Source: Cryobacterium sp.
GTDB taxonomy: Bacteria > Actinomycetota > Actinomycetes > Actinomycetales > Microbacteriaceae
Direction: 5' to 3'
DNA: 50,564 bases
Assembly: GCA_025465015.1 (NCBI GenBank)
Contig: JAODMM010000091.1
Span: forward strand, 1 to 50,564
Shown here: positions 10,930-21,158 of the stretch, piece after piece
How positions within the stretch are numbered: position 1 is the first letter of the stretch
How the letters are laid out: each line of letters starts with the position of its first letter
Translations under genes and position numbers: made by a program
Notes under the pieces: model-generated
Database searches by the model: none
What the model saw: only the letters and a program-made list of their open reading frames with translations
Told to the model about the DNA's origin: nothing

Positions 10930-13170
10930 TTAGTTCTTCGTGAGCGACGCCCGAGCACCTGCGTCGAGCCGGAACTGCACCGCGTGGAGGAGGGCCGGCA
11001 CCGTCGAAAGGCCGGGATCGCGGTCTAGCAGTTCCTGCGCGGCGAGCCTCGCCTTCCCGATGAGCGCCCCGTCGGTCGCGACGCGAAGGAGCCTGAGCGA
11101 TGAACGGCCACCGGACTGGTCAGTGCCCAAGACGTCCCCCTCTTGCCGAAGCTCCAGGTCGATCTCAGCGAGCTGGAACCCGTCGAGGGTTGCTGCGACC
11201 GCCTCCACCCGTTCTCTCGCCAGAGACCCGGCCGGCGCTGCCGTGACCAGCAGACACAGTCCGGGAACGACACCTCGTCCGACCCGGCCGCGAAGCTGAT
11301 GCAATTGGGAGACACCGAACCGGTCCGCGTCCATCACCACCATCACCGACGCATTCGGCACGTCGACACCAACTTCGATCACGGTGGTCGCGACAAGCAG
11401 GTCAATGTCGCCTGCCGCGAACGAACGCATGACCCCATCTTTCGCCTCGCTCGGCATCCTGCCATGAAGCGGTTCGATGCGTGCGCCGGCAAGCACCGGT
11501 CGGGCCCGCAGCTCCGCCAGAAGTACTTCCACCGAAGCCGGCGCAGGGGCACTCGGGGTACCGGGGGATCCTGAACTCGCGCTCGCGGCCGTTCCACCGC
11601 TCAGAGTCTCCCCGCCTTCGCCCTCCTCCGCCTCCTTGGGGGCGATGGCGGGACAGACAACGAAGGCCTGCCGACCGAGCGCGAGCTCTTCGGCCACGCG
11701 CTCCCAGACGCGGTTGTGCCAGGCCGGCTTCTCCTCCAACGGCACTACGAAGCTTTGGATAGGGCTCCGCCCCGACGGTAGGACAGCGATCGTGCTCACA
11801 TCCAGGTCTCCGAATACGGTCATGGCGACCGTACGCGGAATGGGTGTCGCCGTGAGGACCAGCACGTGCGGTGGGACCTTCCCCTTCTGTCGCAAGGCCT
11901 CCCTTTGATCCACCCCGAAGCGGTGCTGCTCGTCGACCACGATGAGACCCAGGTCGAAGAACTCGACACTCTCGGCAAGGAGCGCGTGGGTTCCGATGAC
12001 GATGCGGGCTTGCCCGGTCACCGTCCGAAGGGCAGCCTTCCTGCGTTCTGCGACGGGAAGCTGGCCCGTGATGAGGGTGGGCATGAGCGAGGCAGAGAGC
12101 GACGGACCGAGGACTCGCACGATCGATCGGAGGTGCTGGGCAGCCAACACCTCGGTGGGTGCCAGGAGTGCCGCCTGCCCGCCGGTGTCCGCGACGGCGA
12201 GCATCGCCCGGAGGGCAACAATCGTCTTACCCGAGCCCACCTCGCCCTGCAGGAGTCGGTTCATCGGCCAGCTCCGTGCCAGGTCGGCGGCAATCTCTCC
12301 GCCGACCTGTTCCTGGTCGCTGGTCAGCTGAAACGGCATTGCCGCGTCGAAGCGCTCAAGGAAACCACCCGGCTCAGGCACTCGCGGGCGCGCTAAGAGC
12401 GCGCGGGCGGCGGCCCTCTGCTGCAGCAGGGCAGCCTGGAGAACAAATGCCTCCGTGAAGCGCAAAGTGTCGCGGGCAGCACGCCAGTCGGCGTCTGACG
12501 CGGGCCGATGGATCATCTCCAGGGCGTCACGGTGGGTGAGGAAATTTTGTTCTGTCCGCATCAGGTCGGGCAGGGGATCCGCAAGTGGCCCCAGCCCGTC
12601 CAGCACCACACCGACGCATTTCTGCACCTGCCAGCTCGCCACCGTTCCCGTGGCGGGATAGATGGGGATCGGCGTCTCCGCCCAACGCCGGGCAGCGACG
12701 GCGTCACCGCTGAACGCATCCGCTCGGTCGGGGAAGAGTTCGTAGTCGGGGTGAGCGAGTTGCAGGCTGCCGTGGTAGTCGGACACCTTGCCCGTGAAGA
12801 TGCCGCGAACACCGGGCAACAGCTCTTTGGCGCGCCAGGCCTGGTTGAAGAACGTGAGGGTGAGGACGCCCTTGCCGTCGGAGATCTTCACCTCGAGGAT
12901 CGACCCTCGGCGGGATTTCATCGTGCGCTCGCGCACCTCGAGCACCTCAGCCACGATGGTGACGTTCTCGGCGACCGGTAACTCGCTGAGCACACTGAGT
13001 TCGCCCCGGCGAGCGTAACGGCGGGGGTAGTGATTGAGTAGGTCACCGACGGTGGCGAGCCCGAAGGCTTTCTGCAGGGCTCCCGCAGTTCGCCCTCCGA
13101 GCACTCCGGACAAGCGCGTGGCGAGGACGAGGACGCTCGTGGCGTCGGGAGCGACCGGTGTGATGCTCAT
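10930..13170 (-). CDS. recG: ATP-dependent DNA helicase RecG
   Basis: RLLQGEVGSGKT, DEQHRFGV, TATPIPRT and QLHQLRGRVGRG. Confidence 0.98.
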   Translation of the reverse strand: MSITPVAPDATSVLVLATRLSGVLGGRTAGALQKAFGLATVGDLLNHYPRRYARRGELSVLSELPVAENVTIVAEVLEVRERTMKSRRGSILEVKISDGKGVLTLTFFNQAWRAKELLPGVRGIFTGKVSDYHGSLQLAHPDYELFPDRADAFSGDAVAARRWAETPIPIYPATGTVASWQVQKCVGVVLDGLGPLADPLPDLMRTEQNFLTHRDALEMIHRPASDADWRAARDTLRFTEAFVLQAALLQQRAAARALLARPRVPEPGGFLERFDAAMPFQLTSDQEQVGGEIAADLARSWPMNRLLQGEVGSGKTIVALRAMLAVADTGGQAALLAPTEVLAAQHLRSIVRVLGPSLSASLMPTLITGQLPVAERRKAALRTVTGQARIVIGTHALLAESVEFFDLGLIVVDEQHRFGVDQREALRQKGKVPPHVLVLTATPIPRTVAMTVFGDLDVSTIAVLPSGRSPIQSFVVPLEEKPAWHNRVWERVAEELALGRQAFVVCPAIAPKEAEEGEGGETLSGGTAASASSGSPGTPSAPAPASVEVLLAELRARPVLAGARIEPLHGRMPSEAKDGVMRSFAAGDIDLLVATTVIEVGVDVPNASVMVVMDADRFGVSQLHQLRGRVGRGVVPGLCLLVTAAPAGSLARERVEAVAATLDGFQLAEIDLELRQEGDVLGTDQSGGRSSLRLLRVATDGALIGKARLAAQELLDRDPGLSTVPALLHAVQFRLDAGARASLTKN

Positions 13171-13925
13171 TCCTCGATGGTAGGCGCAGCCCCCGTCAGT
13201 TCCGCCAGCTCAGCCTGAACGAACTCGTCCGCGGGCCGCTCCGAGGCGAGGCGTTCCTGAATATCACGCGCCTCGTCTGAGCGACCAAGGGTGCGCAGGC
13301 ATCGTGCCACCGCCCACTCACCGATAAACGCCTGGTCGGCGGTGCCGACTTCGCGGGCGTAGGCGAGAGCCTGCTCGAAATGTGGGAGGGCTTGCTCGGG
13401 TCGCCCGGAGTCGTGCAGGTGCCAGCCCAGGTTGTTGTGCAGGGCAACACCCCAGCGCCTAGCGCGGGGTTCTCCGACGGTGTCGAGCACGTCGATGCCC
13501 TCCGCGGCCCATTCCTCCTCGTGACCGGCGTCGGCGAGGGCAAGCATGTGCAGTGCGTCGAGGGCGAGGAACGTCGATCCGGCGGCCACGGCCTTCCGCG
13601 TGGCGAGCGTGAACAGCGGTACAGACTCCGCGAGGTGTTCGGCGGCCACCATCAATCGCCCACGTTCCAGGGCGACCCTCGCCTGCACTCGCTCCGAACT
13701 CTCCCCCACCGCATCCATGACAGCGTCGAGGACCGCCTCCGCCTGGTCGAACTCGCCGAGCAGTCCGAGCGCCCGGGCCAGCTGCGTTCCCAGTTCTGCT
13801 CGAGCTAAGGTTCCACGCTCCGGATCGTCAGCGGCGAGGCGGAATCGGTCCGCCGAGGCGCGCGGGTTGCTGAAATCCCAGAGCGAATCGAGAAGGGCCT
13901 GGCTGATCGGCGATGCGTCGGTCAT
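13167..13925 (-). CDS. Tetratricopeptide-repeat-like protein
   Basis: Helical repeats such as LHNNLGWHLHDSGRPEQALPHFEQAL; 4-bp overlap with the recG start. Confidence 0.8.
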   Translation of the reverse strand: MTDASPISQALLDSLWDFSNPRASADRFRLAADDPERGTLARAELGTQLARALGLLGEFDQAEAVLDAVMDAVGESSERVQARVALERGRLMVAAEHLAESVPLFTLATRKAVAAGSTFLALDALHMLALADAGHEEEWAAEGIDVLDTVGEPRARRWGVALHNNLGWHLHDSGRPEQALPHFEQALAYAREVGTADQAFIGEWAVARCLRTLGRSDEARDIQERLASERPADEFVQAELAELTGAAPTIEE

Positions 13926-13975
13926 GCGTCCATCCTGTCACCGTCTTCGCCACGCGACGATAGGCTCTGGTCGAG

Positions 13976-14590
13976 ATGACGCGAATCGTGGCCGGTTTTG
14001 CCGGTTCCCTGTCCCTGGCGGTGCCTCGTTCCGGTACCCGCCCGACAAGCGACCGTGTGCGGGAGGCACTGTTCTCTGCTCTCGACGCGCAGGACGCCAT
14101 CCGTGGCACTCGCGTGCTCGATCTGTATGCGGGGTCTGGTGCCCTCGGACTCGAGGCCGCCAGCCGCGGCGCACGGTCTGTGACGCTGGTTGAGAACCAC
14201 TCAGGGGCCGCCGTGCTCTGCCGCAAAAATGCTGCAGCCATCCAGAGGGCAGCGCCCGCCCGATCCGCGCTCAGCATCCGGGTGGTGCCGCAGTCGGTGC
14301 ATGCCTTCCTCGCCGGGCCGAACCCCGGCGGGGGTTCCGGCGCTGATTCGACGGTGCGCGGGACTTTCGACCTGGTCTTCCTCGACCCGCCGTATGACCT
14401 TTCCGACAGTGATCTGGCCGGGAACCTCACGGCTCTGACACCGCTGCTCGAAGACGACGCCGTCGTGGTCGTCGAACGCAGCAGCCGCTCGCCCGAGCCG
14501 GAATGGGGTCAGGGGCTTGAGAGCACTCGCCACAAGGTCTATGGCGACACTGTGGTCTGGTATGCAGCACCGCGAACCCTGACAGCCTGA
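13976..14590 (+). CDS. rsmD: 16S rRNA m2G966 methyltransferase
   Basis: RPTSDRVREALF, VLDLYAGSGALGLEA and DLVFLDPPY. Confidence 0.95.
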   Translation: MTRIVAGFAGSLSLAVPRSGTRPTSDRVREALFSALDAQDAIRGTRVLDLYAGSGALGLEAASRGARSVTLVENHSGAAVLCRKNAAAIQRAAPARSALSIRVVPQSVHAFLAGPNPGGGSGADSTVRGTFDLVFLDPPYDLSDSDLAGNLTALTPLLEDDAVVVVERSSRSPEPEWGQGLESTRHKVYGDTVVWYAAPRTLTA

Positions 14591-14609
14591 GCGCGACGCA
14601 CTCGTCCCC

Positions 14610-15671
14610 TCACCCGGCCGCGCCGTCCCAACCCCGGTACGGGTCCCACCCGGCCTGGTCGTGTATAACCCCGTCTACCCGCACTTCCCCGGGTTGTGCG
14701 ATGACGGTTCCGATTCGACGGAAGCCGTCGGGAAGCGAGGCGTGTTCCGGGAAGGTTGCCAGGAGCCCATGGTCCTCGCCTCCGCCCAGCGCCAGTTCCG
14801 GCCTCTCCCCAAGTGACGCTCCGTCGAAATCGATCCCCACGCCGCTGGCCCGGGCGATCCGTCCGGCGTCGATTGCCAACCCGTCGGACAGGTCGAGCAT
14901 CGCCGTGGCCCCAGCGAGCGCGGCCACCGGACCGAGCGCCACGGGCGGGACCGGCGCAAGCTGGGCGGCAACGAGGTCTGGGTGCATCTGACGAAGCGCG
15001 TCAGCCAGCCGGGCGTCCGGTTCACCGTCCGGCCCGACGGCCAACCGGAAGAGGAGCGCGAGGCCTTGCCCCGCTGGGCCGAGTTCTCCGGCCACCGCGA
15101 CCATCTCCCCCGGCCGCGCTCCTGACCTCAACACAGGAGCCCGTCCGCCCAGGTCGCCGAACGCGGTCACAGCAAGGGTGAGCGTGTCGGAGGCCGACAG
15201 GTCCCCACCGACCACGCCGCATCCGGGCGCCAGGGCGGCACAGCAGTCCCTCAGCCCGTCGGCGATCCCTTCGAGGACGGTCACCGGTGTGGCAGGAGGC
15301 GCCGCAATGGCAACCACCAAGGCGGTTGGGGACGCCCCCATGGCCGCAATGTCGGACAGGTTCGTGGCGGCTGCCTTCCAGCCAATGTCGTGCGGACGGG
15401 ACCAAGCCAGGCGGAAGTCGGGCCCATGTACCATCATGTCCGTCGTCACAACGTAGCGCCCGTCGGGCGCGCGCAGCACGGCGGCGTCATCGCCCGGTCC
15501 GACAAGCTGGTCGGCGGCGGCCGGCAGCCGGGGAAAGAGCCGTGCAAGTACCTGTCCCTCGCTGAGGTCAGCGAGGGTCGGGCCGCGGTCGGGAGTTCCC
15601 GCCAGGGGCGCGAGCCGAACCGGGCGAGCGTCGCTGGCGTTCCCGGGAAGGGCCTCGGCATCATCCGTCAT
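14610..15671 (-). CDS. thiL: Thiamine-monophosphate kinase
   Basis: GPGDDAA, NLSDIAAMG, VVGGD, DLSDGL and GGEDH. Confidence 0.96.
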   Translation of the reverse strand: MTDDAEALPGNASDARPVRLAPLAGTPDRGPTLADLSEGQVLARLFPRLPAAADQLVGPGDDAAVLRAPDGRYVVTTDMMVHGPDFRLAWSRPHDIGWKAAATNLSDIAAMGASPTALVVAIAAPPATPVTVLEGIADGLRDCCAALAPGCGVVGGDLSASDTLTLAVTAFGDLGGRAPVLRSGARPGEMVAVAGELGPAGQGLALLFRLAVGPDGEPDARLADALRQMHPDLVAAQLAPVPPVALGPVAALAGATAMLDLSDGLAIDAGRIARASGVGIDFDGASLGERPELALGGGEDHGLLATFPEHASLPDGFRRIGTVIAQPGEVRVDGVIHDQAGWDPYRGWDGAAG

Positions 15672-15695
15672 GATTCAAACGGTAGCCTGAAGGGG

Positions 15696-16256
15696 ATGTC
15701 TCTCCGAATCCCTCGCTCACGCCGGCTTGCCGTGGTTGTCGCCGCGGCCGTCGCTCTGCAGCTGTCAGGGTGCTCCGCGATCGTACCGCTTCAACCGGCA
15801 CCCTCTGCCACGGATCCGGTCTGTGCGGACGTGATCGTTCATCTGCCCTCCACGGTTGCAGACGAGCCCGCACGCGAGACGAACGCCCAGGCGACGGGTG
15901 CCTGGGGCACGCCCGCAACGATCCTGCTGCATTGCGGTGTCGACGTTCCCGGCCTAACGACGCTCCCGTGCGTGAGCGTCAACGGCATCGACTGGATCGA
16001 GGACGACACCGACGCGCCTCGGTACCGGTTCACGACCTACGGGCGGGAGCCGGCTGTCGAGCTGGTAATCGATTCCGACCGTGTAAGCGGATCATCCGTG
16101 CTCGTCGACCTGGCCACTGCGGTGGGATACACACCGGCGACGAAGTCGTGCACGGGTGTGGAAGAGTTGCTGATCCCGTCCGAAGGCGTGCAGGAAGCAC
16201 CTACAGCACCGGCGACACAGGCACCGGAACCGACGCAGGCGCCGCAGGCGCCGTGA
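15696..16256 (+). CDS. DUF3515 family lipoprotein
   Basis: Signal peptide with LSGC lipobox; AQATGAWG...LHCGV and FTTYGREPAVE; usual position between thiL and ddl. Start placed at ATG 15696 after AAGGGG. Confidence 0.85.
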   Translation: MSLRIPRSRRLAVVVAAAVALQLSGCSAIVPLQPAPSATDPVCADVIVHLPSTVADEPARETNAQATGAWGTPATILLHCGVDVPGLTTLPCVSVNGIDWIEDDTDAPRYRFTTYGREPAVELVIDSDRVSGSSVLVDLATAVGYTPATKSCTGVEELLIPSEGVQEAPTAPATQAPEPTQAPQAP

Positions 16257-17367
16257 CCTGCCGCCGGGTCCGCCCGAGGGCGTGCGCCACGGCGACCTCG
16301 ATGATCTCGTCAATCAGTAGCGGATAGGTGTACCCCGTAGCCAGCCAGCAGCTCGGGAACATCGAGATCGGAGTGAATCCCGGCATGGTGTTGATCTCGT
16401 TGATCACCCAGCCGGACTCGGTGAGGAAGAAATCCACTCGCGCGAGGCCCGCTGCGCCGATCGCCTCGAACGCTCGGATCGCCAGCCCGCGCATCTCTCT
16501 CAACTCATCATTCGTGAGCGAGGCGGGACAGACTAGTTCGATGCCTGCTGCATCCAGATACTTCGCGGCGAAGTCGTAGAAGTCACGGCCGCTGACCACG
16601 ACCTCCCCCGCAACGGATGCCCGGGTCGGCTCCCCCGGGCGGCCCTGCAGCACAGCGACCTCGAGTTCGCGCCCCACGAGGGCGGACTCGATGAGCACCT
16701 TGTCGTCTTCGGCTAGCGCCAGAGCCATCGCGTCGGCGAGTTGTCCGGGGTTCGTGACCTTACTGACCCCCACACTCGACCCTGCCCGCGCGGGCTTCAC
16801 AAACGCAGGAAGACCGAGCTCGTCCAGGGCTGCTCGGGCGCGGCCGGGTGTCTGCGTCCACTCCGCTGCCGTGATCGTGCGCCAGGGGGCCACCGGGAGC
16901 TGGGCCTGCTGGAAGACCGTCTTCGTGAAGTGCTTGTCCATCCCGAGCGAAGAGGCCAGCACCCCCGATCCGACGTAGGGCAGGCCCAGGAGCTCGAGCA
17001 TGCCCTGCACCGTGCCGTCCTCTCCGTATGGACCGTGCAGGATCGGGAAGACGAGGTCGACGTCACCGAGGCTGCGGATGACGCCGTCACGGTCAGTCAC
17101 GGTCAGCTCGCGGGTAGCCGTGCTTTCGGGCCAGCCGACACGGGTGCCGTTGTCCTGTACTTCGGGAAGCGCATGAGCATTGAGGACGAATTTTGCCGGA
17201 TCGTCGTCTTCGAGGACGAAGGCACCGTCCTTGGTGATCCCGATTGGAAGGACGGTGAAGCGGTCGCGGTCAAGCGCCGCGAGCACCCCGCCCGCCGTGG
17301 CGCAGCTGATCGAATGTTCGCTTGAACGCCCCCCAAAGAGCAGCGCCACCGTGAGCTTGTCCGTCAT
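16201..17367 (-). CDS. ddl: D-alanine--D-alanine ligase
   Basis: FGGRSSEHSIS, LHGPYGEDG, KPARAGSSVG, YDFAAKY and NEINTMPGFT. Confidence 0.97.
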   Translation of the reverse strand: MTDKLTVALLFGGRSSEHSISCATAGGVLAALDRDRFTVLPIGITKDGAFVLEDDDPAKFVLNAHALPEVQDNGTRVGWPESTATRELTVTDRDGVIRSLGDVDLVFPILHGPYGEDGTVQGMLELLGLPYVGSGVLASSLGMDKHFTKTVFQQAQLPVAPWRTITAAEWTQTPGRARAALDELGLPAFVKPARAGSSVGVSKVTNPGQLADAMALALAEDDKVLIESALVGRELEVAVLQGRPGEPTRASVAGEVVVSGRDFYDFAAKYLDAAGIELVCPASLTNDELREMRGLAIRAFEAIGAAGLARVDFFLTESGWVINEINTMPGFTPISMFPSCWLATGYTYPLLIDEIIEVAVAHALGRTRRQVTAPAAPASVPVPVSPVL

Positions 17368-18397
17368 CGATCGTCCTTTCGCCCTGCGGTTCGAGGGAGT
17401 CGGTGGTCAGGTGCGGAGCAATGTCCCGGGGCTTCAGGGTACCCGCCAGGACCTGGCGCACCTGTTCCACGATCGGCATGTCCACACCTTTGGCGCGTGC
17501 GAGTTCGAGAACGGGCCCGACGGATGCGAGCCCCTCGGTGGTCTGCTGCATCTGCTTCACGACATCGTTGTAGCTGTAGCCCTGACCCAGCAGCCGTCCA
17601 GCCGTGTTATTCCGCGAGAGCGGTGACTGGCAGGTGGCGATGAGGTCTCCCAGCCCGGCCAGCCCGGACAGGGTCTCGGGCTGAGCGCCGTATGCCACGG
17701 CGAAATCGGTCATCTCGACCAGCCCGCGGGTGATGATGGAAGCCTTCGTGTTCTCCCCGTAGCCGACACCGTCAACGATGCCGATCGCGACGGCGATCAG
17801 ATTCTTCAAGACACCACCGAATTCGGTGCCGATGACGTCGGTGTTGACATACGAGCGGAAATAGCGATTTGTGGCCAGGATTGCGACGGCCTGAGCCGTT
17901 TCCAAGCTCGCCGATGATACTACCGCCGCGGTCGGCTGCTCCTTGGCGATTTCCAAGGCGAGATTCGGGCCGGAAATTGCCGCCACACGATCGGGAGTGA
18001 CCCTGAGGACCTGCTCGATCACTTCGCTCATTCGGAGCCCCGAGCCGCGCTCCACGCCCTTCATCAGTGACACGATCGTGCAGTCGGAATCGAGGTAGGG
18101 TTCGGCCAGCGAAAGGTTCTCCCGCAGGGTCTGGCTCGGTACAGAGACGAAGACATGCTGGGCACCGGCCAGGGCAAGGTCGAGCCGAGAAGTCGCCCTC
18201 AGGCTGATCGGCAGGTTGATTCCCGGAAGGTAGTCGCTGTTGCGTCGACCCTCTGAGATCTCCCGGGCAAGTTCGGGCCGTCGGGCCCACAGCATGACAT
18301 CAGCTCCACCATCGGAGAGGATTTTGGCGAATGTTGTTCCCCAGCTGCCGGCGCCGAGAACAGCGACGCGGGTGCCCGGTTGCACCTTAGGCTTCAA
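17270..18397 (-). CDS. gpsA: NAD(P)H-dependent glycerol-3-phosphate dehydrogenase
   Basis: VLGAGSWGT, SGPNLA, KNLIAVA and GLGDLIATC...SRN. The start is uncertain; TTG 18397, overlapping the plsC stop, was chosen. Confidence 0.95.
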   Translation of the reverse strand: MKPKVQPGTRVAVLGAGSWGTTFAKILSDGGADVMLWARRPELAREISEGRRNSDYLPGINLPISLRATSRLDLALAGAQHVFVSVPSQTLRENLSLAEPYLDSDCTIVSLMKGVERGSGLRMSEVIEQVLRVTPDRVAAISGPNLALEIAKEQPTAAVVSSASLETAQAVAILATNRYFRSYVNTDVIGTEFGGVLKNLIAVAIGIVDGVGYGENTKASIITRGLVEMTDFAVAYGAQPETLSGLAGLGDLIATCQSPLSRNNTAGRLLGQGYSYNDVVKQMQQTTEGLASVGPVLELARAKGVDMPIVEQVRQVLAGTLKPRDIAPHLTTDSLEPQGERTIDDGQAHGGAALWGAFKRTFDQLRHGGRGARGA

Positions 18398-19175
18398 AAC
18401 GGCCGGTCTCTCTCTGGTCGTTGTCGGCGGGGTTCCACCGGACGGCTGGGGCCTTGTCACCGCGCAGGTCCTCGAGCAGCCGGGTGATCGCGTCCATCAC
18501 CAGCCCGGTGGCCTCGGTGAGGGTAGCAGAATCCAGCGGTCGATCACGTAATGCACTGAAGTCGACCGGGGGGCCGATCTTGATCCGCACCGTCTTGCGC
18601 GGAAAGAAGTTGACCTTTTTGGAGTACCGCCCCATCAGTTCCTGAGCACCCCAATGAGCGGCCGGTATAACCGGGATGCCGTGCTCCAGGGCGATACGCA
18701 CAGCGCCACTCTTCCCACGCATCGGCCAGAGGTCAGGATCGCGAGTCAGCGACCCCTCCGGGTACACGACGACCTCCTGGCCCTTCTCAACGAGCCGCTG
18801 GGCTGCTTCCACCGGGCCTGCGCCACGGAGCGATCCGCCACGCTCGACCGGAATCTGGCCGGACTTGCGTAGGACCCACCCCAGCACCGGGATGGTGAAG
18901 AGGGACCCTTTCGCCAGGAACCGGGGTGCGCGGCCGAGTTTCCAGGAGACGACACCCATGACGACCGGATCGATCTCGGTGTAATGATTGGGCGCGAGCA
19001 CGAAAGCACCCGACCGCGGGAAATTGTCGCGCCCCTCCACCTCGTACTTCGCGGCGAGATTCATGACCGGCAGAACCAATCCCGCCAGAACCCAGAAGAT
19101 CGACGGTGTCGCCGTCTCCCGCCGGTCTCGGAGAGCGGGAGCGACGGGCTGGGATGCGGGATTGTGATCTGGCAC
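18387..19175 (-). CDS. 1-acyl-sn-glycerol-3-phosphate acyltransferase (PlsC family)
   Basis: NHYTEID (HX4D), FLAK and YPEGSLTRD. Start placed at GTG 19175, just after the murA stop. Confidence 0.92.
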   Translation of the reverse strand: MPDHNPASQPVAPALRDRRETATPSIFWVLAGLVLPVMNLAAKYEVEGRDNFPRSGAFVLAPNHYTEIDPVVMGVVSWKLGRAPRFLAKGSLFTIPVLGWVLRKSGQIPVERGGSLRGAGPVEAAQRLVEKGQEVVVYPEGSLTRDPDLWPMRGKSGAVRIALEHGIPVIPAAHWGAQELMGRYSKKVNFFPRKTVRIKIGPPVDFSALRDRPLDSATLTEATGLVMDAITRLLEDLRGDKAPAVRWNPADNDQRETGRFEA

Positions 19176-19182
19176 AGCCCTA

Positions 19183-20553
19183 TTATCCTTCGAGATCGAA
19201 GTCCGCCCCCAACAGCTGCAGCTTGGCGATGAAGTTCTCGTAGCCTCGGCTGATGATTCCCACGTTGCTGACGGTGGAGCTGCCCTCGGCGCTGAGCGCG
19301 GCGATGAGGTGGCTGAAACCTCCGCGAAGGTCGGGCACCTCGATGTCGGCGCCATGTAGCTTCGCCGGGCCGGTGATGACGGCGGAGTGGTTGAAATTGC
19401 GCTGCCCGAAACGGCACGGGTGCCCACCCAGGCACTCTTTGTGGATCTGGATGGTAGCGCCCATCTCTACGAGGGCGTCGACGAAACCGAATCGCTGCTC
19501 GTACACCGTTTCGTGCACGATCGACACACCCTGCGCCTTCGTGAGCGCCACGACGAGGGGCTGCTGCCAGTCCGTCATGAAGCCCGGGTGAACGTCGGTC
19601 TCGATGACGACGGGTTTGAGGTCACCGCCCGGGTGGTAGAACCGGATGCCATCATCGTGGATGTCGAAAGCGCCGCCGACCTTGCGGAAAACGTTCAAGA
19701 ACGTGATCATCTCCGCCTGGCGAGCCCCACCGACGAAAATGTCGCCGTCGGTAGCGAGAGCGGCTGCAGCCCAGCTGGCCGCCTCGTTCCGGTCGAACAG
19801 GGCGCGGTGCGCATAACCCTGGAGCGTCTCGACACCCTCAATCCGGATGACCCGGTCGGTGTCAACCGTGATGATGGCACCCATCTTCTGCAGGATGTTG
19901 ATGAGATCCATGATCTCGGGCTCGATGGCTGCACCCTTGAGTTCGGTGATGCCCTCGGCTCGCACAGCTGTCAAGAGGACCTGCTCGGTGGCACCGACAC
20001 TGGGATACGGAAGGTCGACCTTCGCGCCTTTCAGGCCATTGGGCGCAGACATGCGGATGCCATTGGGCTGCTTTTCCACGACGGCACCGAACTTGCGCAG
20101 CACGTCAAGGTGATAGTCGATGGGGCGGTCGCCGATGCGGCAGCCACCGAGGTCAGGGATGAACGCCTCACCCAAGCGGTGCAACAGAGGTCCGCAGAAG
20201 AGGATCGGGATCCTCGAGGAGCCCGCGTGGGCGTCGATGGCGGCGAAGTGCGCGCTTTCCACGTCGACAGGATCCAGGAGCAGCTCACCGGGCTCCTCCC
20301 CATCGGTCACCTTGACGCCATGGACCTCGAGGAGCCCCCGCACGATGCGCACATCGCTGATGTTCGGCACATCCTTCAGGACGCTGGGGCTCTCCCCCAG
20401 CAGGGCCGCGACCATGGCCTTAGTGACGAGGTTCTTGGCGCCCTTCAGCTCGATCCGCCCAACCAGCGGAATTCCGCCTCGGATCGTGATCCGGTCGCTC
20501 TTGAGGCCGACGGCCGCGCCGTGGCTCTGTGCGTCCTGGACAAGTGTGCTCAC
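19183..20553 (-). CDS. murA: UDP-N-acetylglucosamine 1-carboxyvinyltransferase
   Basis: GAKN, GGCRIGDRPID (active-site Cys form), SVGATE, PGFMTD and PDLRGG. Confidence 0.97.
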   Translation of the reverse strand: MSTLVQDAQSHGAAVGLKSDRITIRGGIPLVGRIELKGAKNLVTKAMVAALLGESPSVLKDVPNISDVRIVRGLLEVHGVKVTDGEEPGELLLDPVDVESAHFAAIDAHAGSSRIPILFCGPLLHRLGEAFIPDLGGCRIGDRPIDYHLDVLRKFGAVVEKQPNGIRMSAPNGLKGAKVDLPYPSVGATEQVLLTAVRAEGITELKGAAIEPEIMDLINILQKMGAIITVDTDRVIRIEGVETLQGYAHRALFDRNEAASWAAAALATDGDIFVGGARQAEMITFLNVFRKVGGAFDIHDDGIRFYHPGGDLKPVVIETDVHPGFMTDWQQPLVVALTKAQGVSIVHETVYEQRFGFVDALVEMGATIQIHKECLGGHPCRFGQRNFNHSAVITGPAKLHGADIEVPDLRGGFSHLIAALSAEGSSTVSNVGIISRGYENFIAKLQLLGADFDLEG

Positions 20554-20560
20554 TGATTAC

Positions 20561-21157
20561 CTACCTTGCGGGGAGAGTGCGGGGGCGCCAGGGCTCCCGC
20601 CGGGATTCGAATTCTGTTATCCGCGCCTCGTCACGCAGGGTCAGGCCGATGTCGTCCAGGCCTTCAAGTAGTCGCCATCTAGTGTATTCATCGATCTCGA
20701 AGGGAACTGTGAGCTCTCCCAGCCTGGCCTTCCTCTCAACAAGATCGACGCTCATTTCTATTCCCGGGCTTGCCTCGACTGCGCTCCACAGCAGCTCTGC
20801 GTCTTCCTCGCTGATCTGGCCGGCGAGGAGACCCTGCTTACCCGAATTGCCCCGGAAGATGTCGCCGAAGCGAGGGCTGAGGACCGCCTGAAAGCCGTAA
20901 TCACGCAAAGCCCAGACGGCATGTTCGCGTGAGGACCCCGTGCCGAAGTCGGCTCCGGCGATGAGGACGCGGGCACCGGTGTACGCCTCCTGGTTGAGCA
21001 CGAAGTCAGGGTCCTGGCGCCAGCCAGCGAAGAGGGCATCCTCGAAGCCCGTCTTCGTCACCCGTTTCAGGTAGACGGCCGGGATGATCTGGTCGGTGTC
21101 GACGTTAGAGCGTCGCAGCGGCATCGCGACGCCGCTTACTGTTGTGACCTTCTCCAC
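20561..21157 (-). CDS. leuD: 3-isopropylmalate dehydratase small subunit
   Basis: [24 protein letters not shown] and GLDDIGLTL. Confidence 0.98.
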   Translation of the reverse strand: MEKVTTVSGVAMPLRRSNVDTDQIIPAVYLKRVTKTGFEDALFAGWRQDPDFVLNQEAYTGARVLIAGADFGTGSSREHAVWALRDYGFQAVLSPRFGDIFRGNSGKQGLLAGQISEEDAELLWSAVEASPGIEMSVDLVERKARLGELTVPFEIDEYTRWRLLEGLDDIGLTLRDEARITEFESRREPWRPRTLPAR

Positions 21158-21158
21158 G

